From a virus (taxonomy: Duplodnaviria; Caudoviricetes): DNA of 64,000 bases. Below the pieces are notes generated by a model. It did no database searches, was not told where the DNA came from, and saw only the letters and a list, made by a program, of their open reading frames with translations. Positions 16,448 to 27,900 of the stretch are shown one piece after another. Every line of letters begins with the position of its first letter. Within the stretch, counting starts at the first letter, position 1. Both the position numbers and the translations under genes were made by a program. Location of the stretch: positions 1-64,000 of IMG/VR virus record IMGVR_UViG_3300002835_000097. One strand, written 5' to 3'.

Positions 16448-18913
16448 ATGGCTGCTAATACTAGAATTCAACTTCGTAGAGGTTTATCAACCGATTGGTT
16501 ATCTAATACTCGTTTGGCTCCAGGTGAAATAGGTTTTGAAATAGATACTGGTAAATTTAAGATTGGTAGAACAGGATTAGGAGCAAATATTGGAAGCGAA
16601 TGGGGAACTTTACCATATGCTGGTGGAAGCGCATTAATATCTCAAACTGGTATAGGATTTAAATTTGATAGTAGTAATAATGCTTATACATTATATAGTT
16701 ATATTACTGGAATTAGCGGTGGACAAGATGGTATAACCTTTCAGACTCTTCCTCTTAGCGGACTATTAAATGATACTAGTGTTAGTGGTACATATTATAC
16801 TATAGGTCTTAGTACAAAATTAGAAAATTTTCATGATTTATCTACTAGTGGCATTGTAGTTCAAACTGGTAATAATGGATTTGTTACTAGAAGTGTATCT
16901 GGTCTAAATAATAATATTAGTATTACTAACGGTAACGGAGTATCTGGCAATCCAGTTATTGGTTTAAATCCTTCTATTACTGGAATAACATCTATTACTG
17001 GTGTTGATAATTTCAGGATAGCAGCTAATAGTGGTATTACTATTGATGCTGGGAATGGTGTTGTTGGTGTTGATGATCTTAGTGTTAGCGGAACTTTATA
17101 CGTTGGACAAAATATAGACATAAGTCTCAGCGCTACTGTAACAGCAAGAGGTCCAATAGTATACTCTGGTAATCCCACGATTTATAGTGGTAATGTATAT
17201 TTTAGTCAAACTCCTTATGTTGGTCCAACAGGAGGAACTTTAGGGACTAATCTATTCCCTGTTAGTTTAAGTGGTCATAATCATGTATATAGCGATATCA
17301 CAAATTTTTGTAGTGGTGTAGCAAGTTGTGTTGATACTGCTCTTACTGTTAGCACAGGACTAAGAGCAGACTTTAGTAGTAATACTCTACAACTTGCTTT
17401 GTCTGGTCAAGCAGCCACATTACATTCTTTTACAGGTAGCGGATTAATGGTTCGCACAAGTGGACCAGATAATAATGGAGCATTTGCTGCTAGATCAATA
17501 ACTCAAGGATCAAATATAAATGTTACGAATGGAAATGGTATTAATGATAATCCTAGAGTAGCATTAGCTTCTTCTATTACCGGATTAACAACAGTTAGTG
17601 GAACTAATGTATATACTACAAATATATACTCGACAGATGGTCAAAACACATTAAATATTTATGCTCCAACAGTTAATGTTACTGGCAATATGATAGTTGC
17701 TAATCTAACTGTTACTGGTGTCACAACAACTGTAAATAGTACAACAATAACCGTTCAAGACCCTGTATTAACTCTAGGAGGAACAGGAGTTATATCAGGA
17801 GCAGATAATTTAGATAGAGGGTTGCAGTTAAGATACTGGGACGGAGCTGCTGCTGCTACTGGTTTTATGGGTTGGAATAACCAAAGTAGTGAGTTCATAT
17901 TCTTAAGTTCTACTACTGGAACTATTGTTGGTAACGATTATGGTGCCGGAACATTCGGACGAGTTAAAGTTGGTTCACTGGTAAGCAATGGCAATGTTAG
18001 CGGTACAAATTTGTATGCTACTAATCAGACAGCGCATAGGGTTGCTGTATTTGATGCTAATAGTATGTTATTCAGTACTGGTATAGCAACTAGCGAACTC
18101 ACTCATTTAACAGGCGTAAGCAGTAGCATTCAGGATCAGTTAAATAGTAAAGCAGCTTCTGGTGTTTCATTAACAGCAGGAAATGGTTTAACTGGTGGCG
18201 GATCACTAAGTGGTAACTTGTCATTCAATGTTGGGGCCGGAGATGGTATAGGTGTTTCCGCTGATCTTGTTAATGTTGACAGTACAGTAGTAAGAACTAC
18301 CGGAAATCAATCAATTGGAGGTATAAAGACCTTCACAACCGCACCAATCTTTAGTGGTGGTTATACATCTTCTGGAACTATTAATTTACAAGTAGCAGCA
18401 ACAGCATCTGGTACTAGTTATTTTCCAGTATTCATTAGTGATCCAACAGCAGCTTCTCAACAGTTAGTTAGTAGAACTTTAGCCCAAATGAGAACAGATT
18501 TGGGAACATCACTTAATACTGGTAATACACTAGTCTTGAGAGATACTAATGGTAACTTTGGTGCTGGTAGTATTACTGGAACATTAGTAGGAAATGCTAG
18601 TACAGCAACTAATGCAACCAGTGCTAGTGGAATTTATATAAGTGGAGTTACTTCTACAGATACTCTTGTTTCTATAGTTTTAGTTGCTGATCAATCATCG
18701 TCTTCTCAGCTTCCATTTATTGATAGTGGTTTACAGTATAATGCTAATGATGATATTTTAATACTAAAGAATATCAGTGGTACACTTAATATTCCATTTA
18801 ATGGATATACTTCTCCATCTTATTCTTCAACCTCTATTAGTGGTATAATACCAATGAATGGAATTAGTGGAACATATTTACATAACTTTATTATAGATGG
18901 CGGCACTCCATAA
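16448..18913 (+). CDS. fibre protein with Mtd-N-like N-terminal domain
   Basis: RIQLRRG...LAPGEIGFEIDTGKFKIG; Gly/Ser/Thr-rich beta repeats. Confidence 0.75.
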   Translation: MAANTRIQLRRGLSTDWLSNTRLAPGEIGFEIDTGKFKIGRTGLGANIGSEWGTLPYAGGSALISQTGIGFKFDSSNNAYTLYSYITGISGGQDGITFQTLPLSGLLNDTSVSGTYYTIGLSTKLENFHDLSTSGIVVQTGNNGFVTRSVSGLNNNISITNGNGVSGNPVIGLNPSITGITSITGVDNFRIAANSGITIDAGNGVVGVDDLSVSGTLYVGQNIDISLSATVTARGPIVYSGNPTIYSGNVYFSQTPYVGPTGGTLGTNLFPVSLSGHNHVYSDITNFCSGVASCVDTALTVSTGLRADFSSNTLQLALSGQAATLHSFTGSGLMVRTSGPDNNGAFAARSITQGSNINVTNGNGINDNPRVALASSITGLTTVSGTNVYTTNIYSTDGQNTLNIYAPTVNVTGNMIVANLTVTGVTTTVNSTTITVQDPVLTLGGTGVISGADNLDRGLQLRYWDGAAAATGFMGWNNQSSEFIFLSSTTGTIVGNDYGAGTFGRVKVGSLVSNGNVSGTNLYATNQTAHRVAVFDANSMLFSTGIATSELTHLTGVSSSIQDQLNSKAASGVSLTAGNGLTGGGSLSGNLSFNVGAGDGIGVSADLVNVDSTVVRTTGNQSIGGIKTFTTAPIFSGGYTSSGTINLQVAATASGTSYFPVFISDPTAASQQLVSRTLAQMRTDLGTSLNTGNTLVLRDTNGNFGAGSITGTLVGNASTATNATSASGIYISGVTSTDTLVSIVLVADQSSSSQLPFIDSGLQYNANDDILILKNISGTLNIPFNGYTSPSYSSTSISGIIPMNGISGTYLHNFIIDGGTP

Positions 18914-18987
18914 GCTGGACAAAGTTAATATAATCAATATTATAGTATTAGATTCTATAATAGGATAACTCATAATATGGTTAAAAT

Positions 18988-21933
18988 ATGCCAAGACAAA
19001 ATAATATACAATTTAGAAAAGGCACATATAATCAGTGGGATGCTCAAAGTTCCACGGTTTTAGGTAGTGGTGAACCAGGATTTGTAACTGATTTTAATAA
19101 ACTAAAAATTGGTGATGGTAGTACTCAGTGGAGTGATCTTAGCGCTATTAATGATGCTTTGACAACTCTTGTTTATAATGGAACTGCTAGTACTATTCCC
19201 AAGATGAGTGTTGTTTATATTAATGGCGCTCAAGGAGATATGCCTAGTATTAGATTATCTATTGCTAGTGGCGAAATGACTAGTAGTAAAACATATGGTA
19301 TAACAACAAATACTATATCGGCTGGCGGAACAGGTATGGTGGTTGTTGACGGAGCCCTTAAGAATTTAAATACCAGCCCAGCATTTGATGGAGCAACTCC
19401 AGGAACCACTTTATGGCTTAGTCCCACAGTTTCTGGCGGTATAACCACGATCAAACCTTCTGCTCCAAATCATATGGTTAGTGTTGGTAATCTTATTAGG
19501 ATTCATAATCAGCAAGGAATTATTAATGTTAAAGTTCAAAATGGATTTGAACTAGAAGAATTACATAACGTAGCACTTAGTGGAGTATCAGGTGGTCAGT
19601 TTTTATATTACAACTCATCATCTGGACTGTGGCAACCAAATAGTACTATTTATGGTAGCGGAAATAATATTGGGATAGGAACAGCCTCTCCATCTACTTC
19701 TTTACATGTTGTTGGAAGTGGAATCGTATCAGGTGATATGACTATTGGAGGAAACTTAATAGTTAATGGTACCACAACTACAGTTAATGTTGATACCGTC
19801 ACAATTGAGGATCCTATTATTACTTTAGGATTAAGTAGTGGAAATGTTGTTCCTAATTTAACGCATGATAGAGGATTAGCATTAGTAAGAGGAACTGGTC
19901 TTACAGCTTTTATGGGTTGGGATACTAGCGCATCTCAATTCGTGATGCTGAGTAGTGGTATTGCCGGGGTTAACAGCGGAACATATACAGCAGGAACTTA
20001 TGGAGATTTACAACTTAATAAACTTAATAGTACTGAAATTAATGTTAATGAATTAATATCGATTATATCATCTGGTATTTCATTTTCAAATTTTATTAAA
20101 TTTAATGATAGTAGTACTGCAAGTGGTCCATCATTAGGGTCTGTTAGTAATGGAACTAGGCTATTATTGAATGAAAATAATACCGATGGTCATAATGCTA
20201 TTGGCATACAATATGCTGGCATTAATGGCACTTGGTTTAGTGTTCCTAGTGGTGGCACATTCACATTTTACAACGGAACAGCTCCACAGCTTACAATAAA
20301 TAGTACATCATTAAATTATGGTAGTTTGACAGCTAGTCCGAACGGTAGTATAACGAGTGCTTCATGGGATGCCTCGACAATAGCAGTCAATAAAGGAGGA
20401 ACAGGGCGAACCAGCTATAGTAATGGTCAGCTGTTAATAGGAAGTGGTACTAGTCTTGTTGCTAATACATTAACTGCCGGTACTGGTATTAGCATAACTA
20501 ATGGTAGCGGTACCATAACAATTAATACTAGTGGACTACAAACTAGGTTAAGTGATCCTGTAACAGGTACCGGAACAAATGGAAAAATACCAAAATGGAG
20601 TTCAACTAGCACACTAAACGATAGCATACTATCTGAAGCTTCGACCATTATTAACATTGCTGGATCTTTTAATAGCACTATTGATAATACTTATTTAAGT
20701 TTTGATGCTAATGCCAGAAGAATAGGAATGACTAAGAAGGGTGGGTTTACTGGCAAATTTACTTATGGTTCTGGCAGTTCATTTGCTATAGCTCAATCTA
20801 ATAGTGGTACTATAGAAGCAACTAATACTTTTACTGATCGATTAGTTATAAATAGTATTGGAAATGTTGGAGTTGGAACTGATACTCCACAAAGTAAAGT
20901 TCATATAACTGATACAAATAATTTAAATACAATAATAGAATATACTAATACTACTGCTGGATTTGCTAGTGGTGTTAGGCCATTAAAACTATTATTAACA
21001 GCATCTAATGGAGTTGCAGTTGGTGCTGGTGTCGGCATTGATTTTGTTACAAAAAGTTCCAGTACAGAATATACTGGAGCAAGAATCATTAGTAATAGAA
21101 CAGACACTAGCAGTAATCATGCTCTAACATTTTGGGCTGGTGGTGGAACAACCTCATTGTCTGAGTACATGAGAATATCTTCTAACGGAAATGTCGGAAT
21201 AGGAACAACAACCCCAGCAGAACTATTAACAGTATATGGAGATAGCAAATATTTATATCTTCAAGCTCAAAATAATAGTGGGTCTGCTGGTATAAAGTTT
21301 GGGAATACTTCCGCTAGACAGCAAATGTATATTGAGGGCACATCAAATGATCTTGTTGTAGATTCTATGAATGGTGTAATAACAGAATCTATCAGAATAG
21401 GATATAATACCGGAGCAGTTACTATTAACGAAAGTGGTTCTGATCTTGATTTTAGGGTCGAGGGTGATACTGATACTAATCTAGTTTTTGTTGATGCTAG
21501 TACTGATAGAGTTGGAATAGGAACCTCTAGTCCTGGATATAAGCTTCAAGTTAACGGTAGTTTTGCTGCTAGTACCAAGAGTTTCCGAATACATCATCCT
21601 TCTAAAAAAGATCATTCTTTAGAATATGGTTCACTAGAAAGTCCGTATCACGGAGTAAGATTAACAGGTCGAGGAACTGTGATTAAAGGCGTTGGGATGG
21701 TATCTCTGCCATCTTATTTAAAAGATTTGATCCACGATGATGATACTTTAAATATTCAAATTACTAATATTAAACATAGTAAAACTATTTATATTGATAA
21801 GATTGATTTAAAGAATGACCAGTTTATCGTTAAGGTTGATCGAGCTAAAAGTTTAGGAGAACTACAATTCTTCTGGACATTAAGTGGAGTACGAAAGGAT
21901 GTTGATCATCTAGTTGTCGAAAAGGAGAACTAA
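18988..21933 (+). CDS. fibre protein with Mtd-N-like domain and GNVGIGT repeats
   Basis: IQFRKG...GEPGFVTDFNKLKIGDG; repeated GN(V/I)GIGT..P; C-terminal KSFRIHHP...LESP domain typical of fibre ends. Confidence 0.78.
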   Translation: MPRQNNIQFRKGTYNQWDAQSSTVLGSGEPGFVTDFNKLKIGDGSTQWSDLSAINDALTTLVYNGTASTIPKMSVVYINGAQGDMPSIRLSIASGEMTSSKTYGITTNTISAGGTGMVVVDGALKNLNTSPAFDGATPGTTLWLSPTVSGGITTIKPSAPNHMVSVGNLIRIHNQQGIINVKVQNGFELEELHNVALSGVSGGQFLYYNSSSGLWQPNSTIYGSGNNIGIGTASPSTSLHVVGSGIVSGDMTIGGNLIVNGTTTTVNVDTVTIEDPIITLGLSSGNVVPNLTHDRGLALVRGTGLTAFMGWDTSASQFVMLSSGIAGVNSGTYTAGTYGDLQLNKLNSTEINVNELISIISSGISFSNFIKFNDSSTASGPSLGSVSNGTRLLLNENNTDGHNAIGIQYAGINGTWFSVPSGGTFTFYNGTAPQLTINSTSLNYGSLTASPNGSITSASWDASTIAVNKGGTGRTSYSNGQLLIGSGTSLVANTLTAGTGISITNGSGTITINTSGLQTRLSDPVTGTGTNGKIPKWSSTSTLNDSILSEASTIINIAGSFNSTIDNTYLSFDANARRIGMTKKGGFTGKFTYGSGSSFAIAQSNSGTIEATNTFTDRLVINSIGNVGVGTDTPQSKVHITDTNNLNTIIEYTNTTAGFASGVRPLKLLLTASNGVAVGAGVGIDFVTKSSSTEYTGARIISNRTDTSSNHALTFWAGGGTTSLSEYMRISSNGNVGIGTTTPAELLTVYGDSKYLYLQAQNNSGSAGIKFGNTSARQQMYIEGTSNDLVVDSMNGVITESIRIGYNTGAVTINESGSDLDFRVEGDTDTNLVFVDASTDRVGIGTSSPGYKLQVNGSFAASTKSFRIHHPSKKDHSLEYGSLESPYHGVRLTGRGTVIKGVGMVSLPSYLKDLIHDDDTLNIQITNIKHSKTIYIDKIDLKNDQFIVKVDRAKSLGELQFFWTLSGVRKDVDHLVVEKEN

Positions 21934-21934
21934 G

Positions 21935-22633
21935 ATGAGCGTATATGGAGGGCCTGATATAGTTACTGATGGACTCGTTTTTGATATGGATTTTGGTAGC
22001 TCAAAATGCTATACAGGTTCTGGAACAGCATGTAACGATATTAGTACTTCTAATCTTAGTGGAGAACTAGTTAATAGTCCTCCATATAGTAGTTCTACGA
22101 ATAATAAGTTTTTTAGTTTTAATAGCACAACTAATAGTAGACTTATTAGAATACCCAATAGTACTATTTTAGACACTCAAACACCATCAGTTGAAGTTTG
22201 GATAAGAACAAATGAAACAACACAAAGCGGTTTTTGGTTTGAAAAAGGAACTGTTAATAGTCAATATAGTTTATTTCAAGAATCAAATACTATATATTGG
22301 AGACAAAATTTTGGTACATTTAATCAATTAATTACAACAACTACTGCTGCCGCTGGAATCAATACATCTAGTTGGTTTCAAGTTGTTGGTACTTTCATAA
22401 CAGGAAGTAGAAAATTATATGTTAATGGAATATTAAAAAATAGTGACTCTCAAACAGGAACTATTGCTACAAACAATGGAGGTATGAGTATAGGAGTTTA
22501 TGGAGGATATGCTGGTAGTAGAGGCTATTATTATAACGGAGATATTGCTATAGTACGAGTATATAATAAAGCTCTTTCAGCTAGTGAAGTATTAACTAAT
22601 TATAACTCTCTTAAAGGAAGGTTTGGACTATAA
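21935..22633 (+). CDS. LamG/concanavalin A-like lectin domain protein
   Basis: GPDIVTDGLV, WFQVVGT...LYVNG, GDIAIVRVYNKALSASEV. Confidence 0.85.
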   Translation: MSVYGGPDIVTDGLVFDMDFGSSKCYTGSGTACNDISTSNLSGELVNSPPYSSSTNNKFFSFNSTTNSRLIRIPNSTILDTQTPSVEVWIRTNETTQSGFWFEKGTVNSQYSLFQESNTIYWRQNFGTFNQLITTTTAAAGINTSSWFQVVGTFITGSRKLYVNGILKNSDSQTGTIATNNGGMSIGVYGGYAGSRGYYYNGDIAIVRVYNKALSASEVLTNYNSLKGRFGL

Positions 22634-24009
22634 TGGCTACTCATTATGGAAATATGAAGGCGACTTTTTATAGAGATTTTACAACTCAACAAAGCCTTAA
22701 TCCGTCTACTGGGGCTATTGGCGGCCCAATAGTATTCACCAGATCGACTTCGGGTACATACATTGGAAGTGATGGATATATTAAAACAGCAGCAGTTAAT
22801 GAACCCAGATTTACATATGAATATGATAGTGGAGGAGTACTACAATACAGAGGATTGTATATTGATTCTCAAAGAACATCATATAATTATTTTAACTATA
22901 GTGAAGATTTTTCTCAAGCAGTTTGGACGAAAACAAATTCTAGCATAAGTTCCACATCTACTTTATCTCCTGATGGCATTACTAATGGGTCTAAAATTAG
23001 TTTGGTATCATCTGGAGGAAATATTAATTACGCTTTAACTTCTGCTGGTAATGCTAGCACATCTCTTAAAAGACAGTTAACAGTTAGCATAATAGCCAAA
23101 GCGTCAGAATGCCAGCACTTAAATATTAAAATTGATAACGGAACCACTACCGTTGATTGTTATTATAATTTATCAACAGGAGCTTTAGGAAACAATACTA
23201 ATGGCTTGGGAGCACACTACCCGTCAGGAGTTAATCAAAATGGACTACAATTTATATATAAACATATTTGCAATATGGGTAATGGATGGTATAGATGTAT
23301 TTTAAGCGTTGAAGATAGCATCACAGTTAGTTCTGCCAATTATACTATTAGTTTTATTCCATCGTCATCAGCATCCTCTATCAGCTTGACTAATAATAAT
23401 GATGGAATATTAATATGGGGAGCTATGGTTGATACCATACTAATCAGTTTTAACTATCATTATTGTTTTGCTAATTATATCAAAACTACTGGAAGTTCAG
23501 CTTCTTGTGGCACTGAAACTTGTTATGTTTCGAATAGTAATGCAACAGAAAATAATTTATTGGAGGGATACAGTGCAGATTCTTGCTCAATATATGCTGA
23601 GTTCACAACTCCTTATTTTTTTATATCCACAATAGTAGGCACTATAATTTCTCTTGGAGCAACATCCAAATACAATGCTGGCAATAGTGCTAGTATGAGA
23701 ATTAATACCAGCGCAGGACTTGCCGCTTACGTCACATACTTATATAGGCCGCCAGCACAAAGTGCGTTTGACTTTAATGCTGGTGGACCGGTTGTTGTTT
23801 CTTCAACCAATAATAAAATGATTATTACTAATAGACAATATGCTCCAATTATGTCTGCTATGAACGGGACCACAGGAACATCTGCTACTAACTTAGTTCC
23901 TCAAAAATTTAATACTTTCTATTTGGGTGGAGTTGCTTGTTATAAAAAATTATTTTACGTTCCAACATACTTTAATTCTAACCAATTAATAAGATTAACC
24001 ACGCTATGA
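22633..24009 (+). CDS. spike/fibre-type carbohydrate-binding virion protein
   Basis: FTRSTSGTY..DG..K.AAVNEPRF, YSEDFSQAVW, GNGWYRC, IWGA motifs typical of phage spike/fibre proteins. Confidence 0.65.
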   Translation: MATHYGNMKATFYRDFTTQQSLNPSTGAIGGPIVFTRSTSGTYIGSDGYIKTAAVNEPRFTYEYDSGGVLQYRGLYIDSQRTSYNYFNYSEDFSQAVWTKTNSSISSTSTLSPDGITNGSKISLVSSGGNINYALTSAGNASTSLKRQLTVSIIAKASECQHLNIKIDNGTTTVDCYYNLSTGALGNNTNGLGAHYPSGVNQNGLQFIYKHICNMGNGWYRCILSVEDSITVSSANYTISFIPSSSASSISLTNNNDGILIWGAMVDTILISFNYHYCFANYIKTTGSSASCGTETCYVSNSNATENNLLEGYSADSCSIYAEFTTPYFFISTIVGTIISLGATSKYNAGNSASMRINTSAGLAAYVTYLYRPPAQSAFDFNAGGPVVVSSTNNKMIITNRQYAPIMSAMNGTTGTSATNLVPQKFNTFYLGGVACYKKLFYVPTYFNSNQLIRLTTL

Positions 24010-24188
24010 AAACTTTTGAAATCAATTGCATAATAGCAGATAAAGAAAATCCATCAGTTGAAAATGAAGATGTGATAGAGATTATTTTATATACAACAAT
24101 AATAGCAGAATCCTTAGAAGCTGCTATAGAAAAGATAAAATCTTTATATAATATAAAAACTATTATAGACATACAGGAAATAATATGA
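24006..24188 (+). CDS. hypothetical protein (60 aa)
   Basis: ATGA overlaps on both sides. Confidence 0.6.
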   Translation: MKTFEINCIIADKENPSVENEDVIEIILYTTIIAESLEAAIEKIKSLYNIKTIIDIQEII

Positions 24189-24880
24189 GTTATTCTAATG
24201 GTCCAAGAATAGTTACAGATGGATTAGTTTTGTATCTTGATGCTGGTAACAGTAAGAGTTATCCGGGGACTGGTACTGTTTGGAATGATTTAAGTGGAAA
24301 TAATAATAATGGAACGCTAGTTAACGGACCAACATTTAGTAGCGCGAATAAAGGGTCTATTGTTTTTGATGGAGTGAACGATGGTTGTAATATCAATAAT
24401 AATTCATTTATAAATCCAACTAATGCAATAACTTTTGGTGCAATAGTAAATTTGTCTGGTTATGGAAGTAATTATGCTCCAATAATTTTTAAGCAAAATA
24501 ATTATACCAGTTTGTACGAGCAATATGCTTTATATTTGACCAATTCTTCTGTTGGTGCAGCTGTTACTGGAGTTGATAGATCTCAAAAAATTGTTTCTAT
24601 AAATCAAGATCTTAGAAATCAATATTTACATTTGGTTGGAACTTGTGATACAGAGACTAATCTTTTATCCTTTTATTTAAATGGATCTCTAATACAGAGC
24701 GTAGCATTCACTAGTACCTTTGATATTTCCACACAAAATCTAAGAATAGGATATATGGATTCTAATTATCTTGGTTTTAGTTTGGGAAAAATTTTTATAA
24801 CTTATATTTATAATCGAGCATTATCACCAACAGAAATACTTCAAAACTACAACGCAACCAAAGGCCGATTTAACCTATAG
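24185..24880 (+). CDS. LamG/concanavalin A-like lectin domain protein
   Basis: GPRIVTDGLVLYLDAGN..SYPGTGTVWNDLSGN; YNRALSPTEILQNYNA; paralog of 21935-22633. Confidence 0.85.
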   Translation: MSYSNGPRIVTDGLVLYLDAGNSKSYPGTGTVWNDLSGNNNNGTLVNGPTFSSANKGSIVFDGVNDGCNINNNSFINPTNAITFGAIVNLSGYGSNYAPIIFKQNNYTSLYEQYALYLTNSSVGAAVTGVDRSQKIVSINQDLRNQYLHLVGTCDTETNLLSFYLNGSLIQSVAFTSTFDISTQNLRIGYMDSNYLGFSLGKIFITYIYNRALSPTEILQNYNATKGRFNL

Positions 24881-24887
24881 GTGTATA
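24880..24887 (+). promoter_or_regulatory. candidate late promoter GGTGTATA
   Basis: Intergenic, 36 bp before ATG 24916. Confidence 0.55.
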
Positions 24888-24915
24888 CTAATATAGAAAA
24901 CCATGGAGAAAATAC

Positions 24916-27900
24916 ATGCCAGATATTATTATAACGCCAAGTAGCGGAATCATAGACTTCTTTCCGGTTTCAACAAGAGTTGGCCGAATTGAGGGATCGG
25001 GTAATACTATCAATATAATTAATCCTTCTGGCTTTATTGCGGTCAGTGGTAGTGGTCTGTCCATTAACACATCTTCTCCAAATGCCACATTTCATGCGTA
25101 CTCTGCTACTTCTGGTGCGACACTCTTAAATATTGAGGGGACCAACGGTAGCTTATTTAGCGTTATAGACAATCTGAGTGGAACGCTCATGAGTGTTAAT
25201 AATAATGCGGGACTTCCGGTATTTGAAGTTTTTAGTGATGACCGAGTAGTTGCTGGTCGTTTTGGTCAGAATGATTTTATTATGACTAGCGGTGGAAATG
25301 TTGGAATCGGAACTGGCGTTCCATCTAGTAAGTTTCATGTTGTAGGAATTAGCACTTTTAATGGTGATGTATCTTCAACAGGTTCGTTTATAGCAGGCTC
25401 TGGTAGTGCGACCAATCCATCTTTTGAATTTATTGAAGATGTTGATACTGGTATGTTCAGTCCTGCTAGTAATGTGATTGGTTTTGCTACTAGCGGAGTT
25501 GAGAGATTACGAGTAGATAGTGTTGGTAATATTGGTATAGGAACAGTTAGTCCAACCAGCAGATTACAAGTTAGTGGATTAATAACAGCTAACAGTGGAA
25601 ATTTTACTAATTCTTTACAGGTGAATGGTACTGGAGTTTGGCATAGTGGTAATTTTGATAGTAGTAATATTGTTAGAACTACTGGAACTCAAACTATTAG
25701 TGGAGTTAAAACATTTTCTGAGGGTTTAAAGGTAGTTGGTAATGATGCTGGTATTCCGATAGAACTGGGAGTGTCTCAGGATGCTATTGTTTTATTTGGT
25801 AAAACTAGTAATGGTTTGGGTATAGGTAGTAATTCTTTTAATTTTAGTGACTCTTCTACTAATGTTATAGATTCTAGAGAATTATTAATAGGTCTAAATG
25901 CTAATGACCCAATTCTGACTATTAGTCGTGGATTGTTATTTGCCGGTAATAGCGGTGTGGGGGTAATAAATTACTATGATAATGGAGCTGCTGTTAGTGC
26001 TAATAGATTGATATTTGATGTGACTCCAGCAACCACCCTTGCTTCTGCTAATACCACATTGCGTACCACAACAGAAGATGGAAATAATATAGTAGTAAAT
26101 CTGCCAAATACTAGCGGAACATTAGCATTATTAACAAGTATAAATACTTCTCAAATTACTGGAACTTTACCAGTTAATAAGGGCGGTACAAATATAACTT
26201 CTTATAGTAATGGACAATTACTAATTGGTAGCGGAACAAGTTTAGTTGCTAATACTTTGTCTGCTGGTACTGGAATAGCTATAACTAATGGCAGTGGGAC
26301 CATAACAATCAATACTAGTGGACTTCAAACTATTTTAACTAATCCTGTTACTGGTACTGGTACTGGAGCTTCAACATCAGGATACTTACCACGATGGAAT
26401 AGTACTAGTGGATTAAGTAATAGCATTATTTATCAAAGTGGTAATAATATTGGTATTGGAACATCAACTCCAAGCGGACAACTACATGTTATCGGCAGTG
26501 GAATATTTAGCAGCGGCATAATCGCTAGCAACATAAGCGTTACTGATAACATGATATCTGCCACCAATACCAATGGTAATCTAATAATAAAACCAAATGC
26601 TAGCGGAGCATTACAGGCAGATGATGCTGGAAACTCAAGAGGCATATATAGTGTAGACTTACAAAGAAGCAGAGTTTCTGTTTCTGGAGTAGCTCATGGT
26701 AGTTATAGTGTTATAGGAGGTGGGTCAAACAATAATGCTATGGGTCCACTATGTACTATTGGAGGAGGAAGCAACAATACTGCTGGCGGTGATTATTATC
26801 CAGGAAATTGCTCAACAATTGGAGGAGGAGAAAATAATATTGCTGTTGGGGAAAAGTCAACAGTGGGTGGAGGAAGCAGTAATAGTGCTGGTGGTAACTA
26901 TTCTATAGTTGGTGGAGGACAGAGTAACAGTGCTGGTGCTCCGCATTCTACAGTTGGTGGAGGAATTGGTAATAGTGCTATCGCTAATAAGTCAACAATT
27001 AGTGGTGGAAGTTATAACAGTAGTAGTGGTGAATACTCTATAGTTGGTGGAGGAAGAAGTAATAGTGCTGCTGGGTACATATCCGCAGTTTGTGGAGGAA
27101 ATAGTAACAGTGCTTCTGGTAGTCTTTCTACAGTTTGTGGAGGAGATGATAATACTGCTGGTGCGGACGCCTCTACTATAGCTGGTGGAAAAACTAATAC
27201 CATAAGTGCTTTTGCGAACTATTCAACTATAGCAGGAGGACAATATAACTATACTGGAAGTTCATATTCTAGTTTCTATGGTCTGTATGCATTTGTTGGA
27301 GGAGGCTATAGTAATGCTATCTATAGTAGCTATTCAACCATCGGAGGAGGAGAAAATAACACTATTGGAAGTGATACCTATAGTGATAGTTTGTTCACAA
27401 AAAGTGTTATTGGAGGAGGATCAAATAATACTTGTGATGGTGTTGCTGCCACAGTTGGTGGAGGAATATCAAATACCGCTAGTGGATACCATTGTACAGT
27501 TGCAGGAGGATTTTCTAATAGCGCTAGTTCATACGAGTCAACAATTGGTGGAGGAAATTCTAATAGTGCGACCGCTACTGGTAGCACGGTCGGTGGTGGA
27601 AGATACAATACAGCCAGTGGAAATAGTGACTCTGTAGTGTGCGGAGGCTCAAACAATCTTGCTAGTGGTCCAGGATCTACTATTGCTGGAGGATTATCAA
27701 ATACCGCAAGTGGTTATGCTAGTGCTGTTGTTGGTGGTATAGATGCTTTGGCTAGCAGTCGAGGCGAAATAAGTCATGCTACTGGAAAATTTGCTGATGA
27801 TGGAGATGCTCAACACAGTATATTTGTACTAAGAACCAAAACAACGAATAATACGGCTACAGAAATGGGTCTTGACGGAGCTTCTGTACGATTAACAATA

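Noticed and set aside
16448-21933. Diversity-generating retroelement suggested by Mtd-N-like domains
   Set aside because: No reverse transcriptase and no TR/VR pair differing at adenines was seen; the 192-bp shared module differs at synonymous sites of all base types.
26700-27760. Ice-nucleation protein or DNA tandem repeat
   Set aside because: The repeat is a ~14-aa GGxxN adhesin-type unit, not the AGYGSTxT octamer, and the DNA is diverged.
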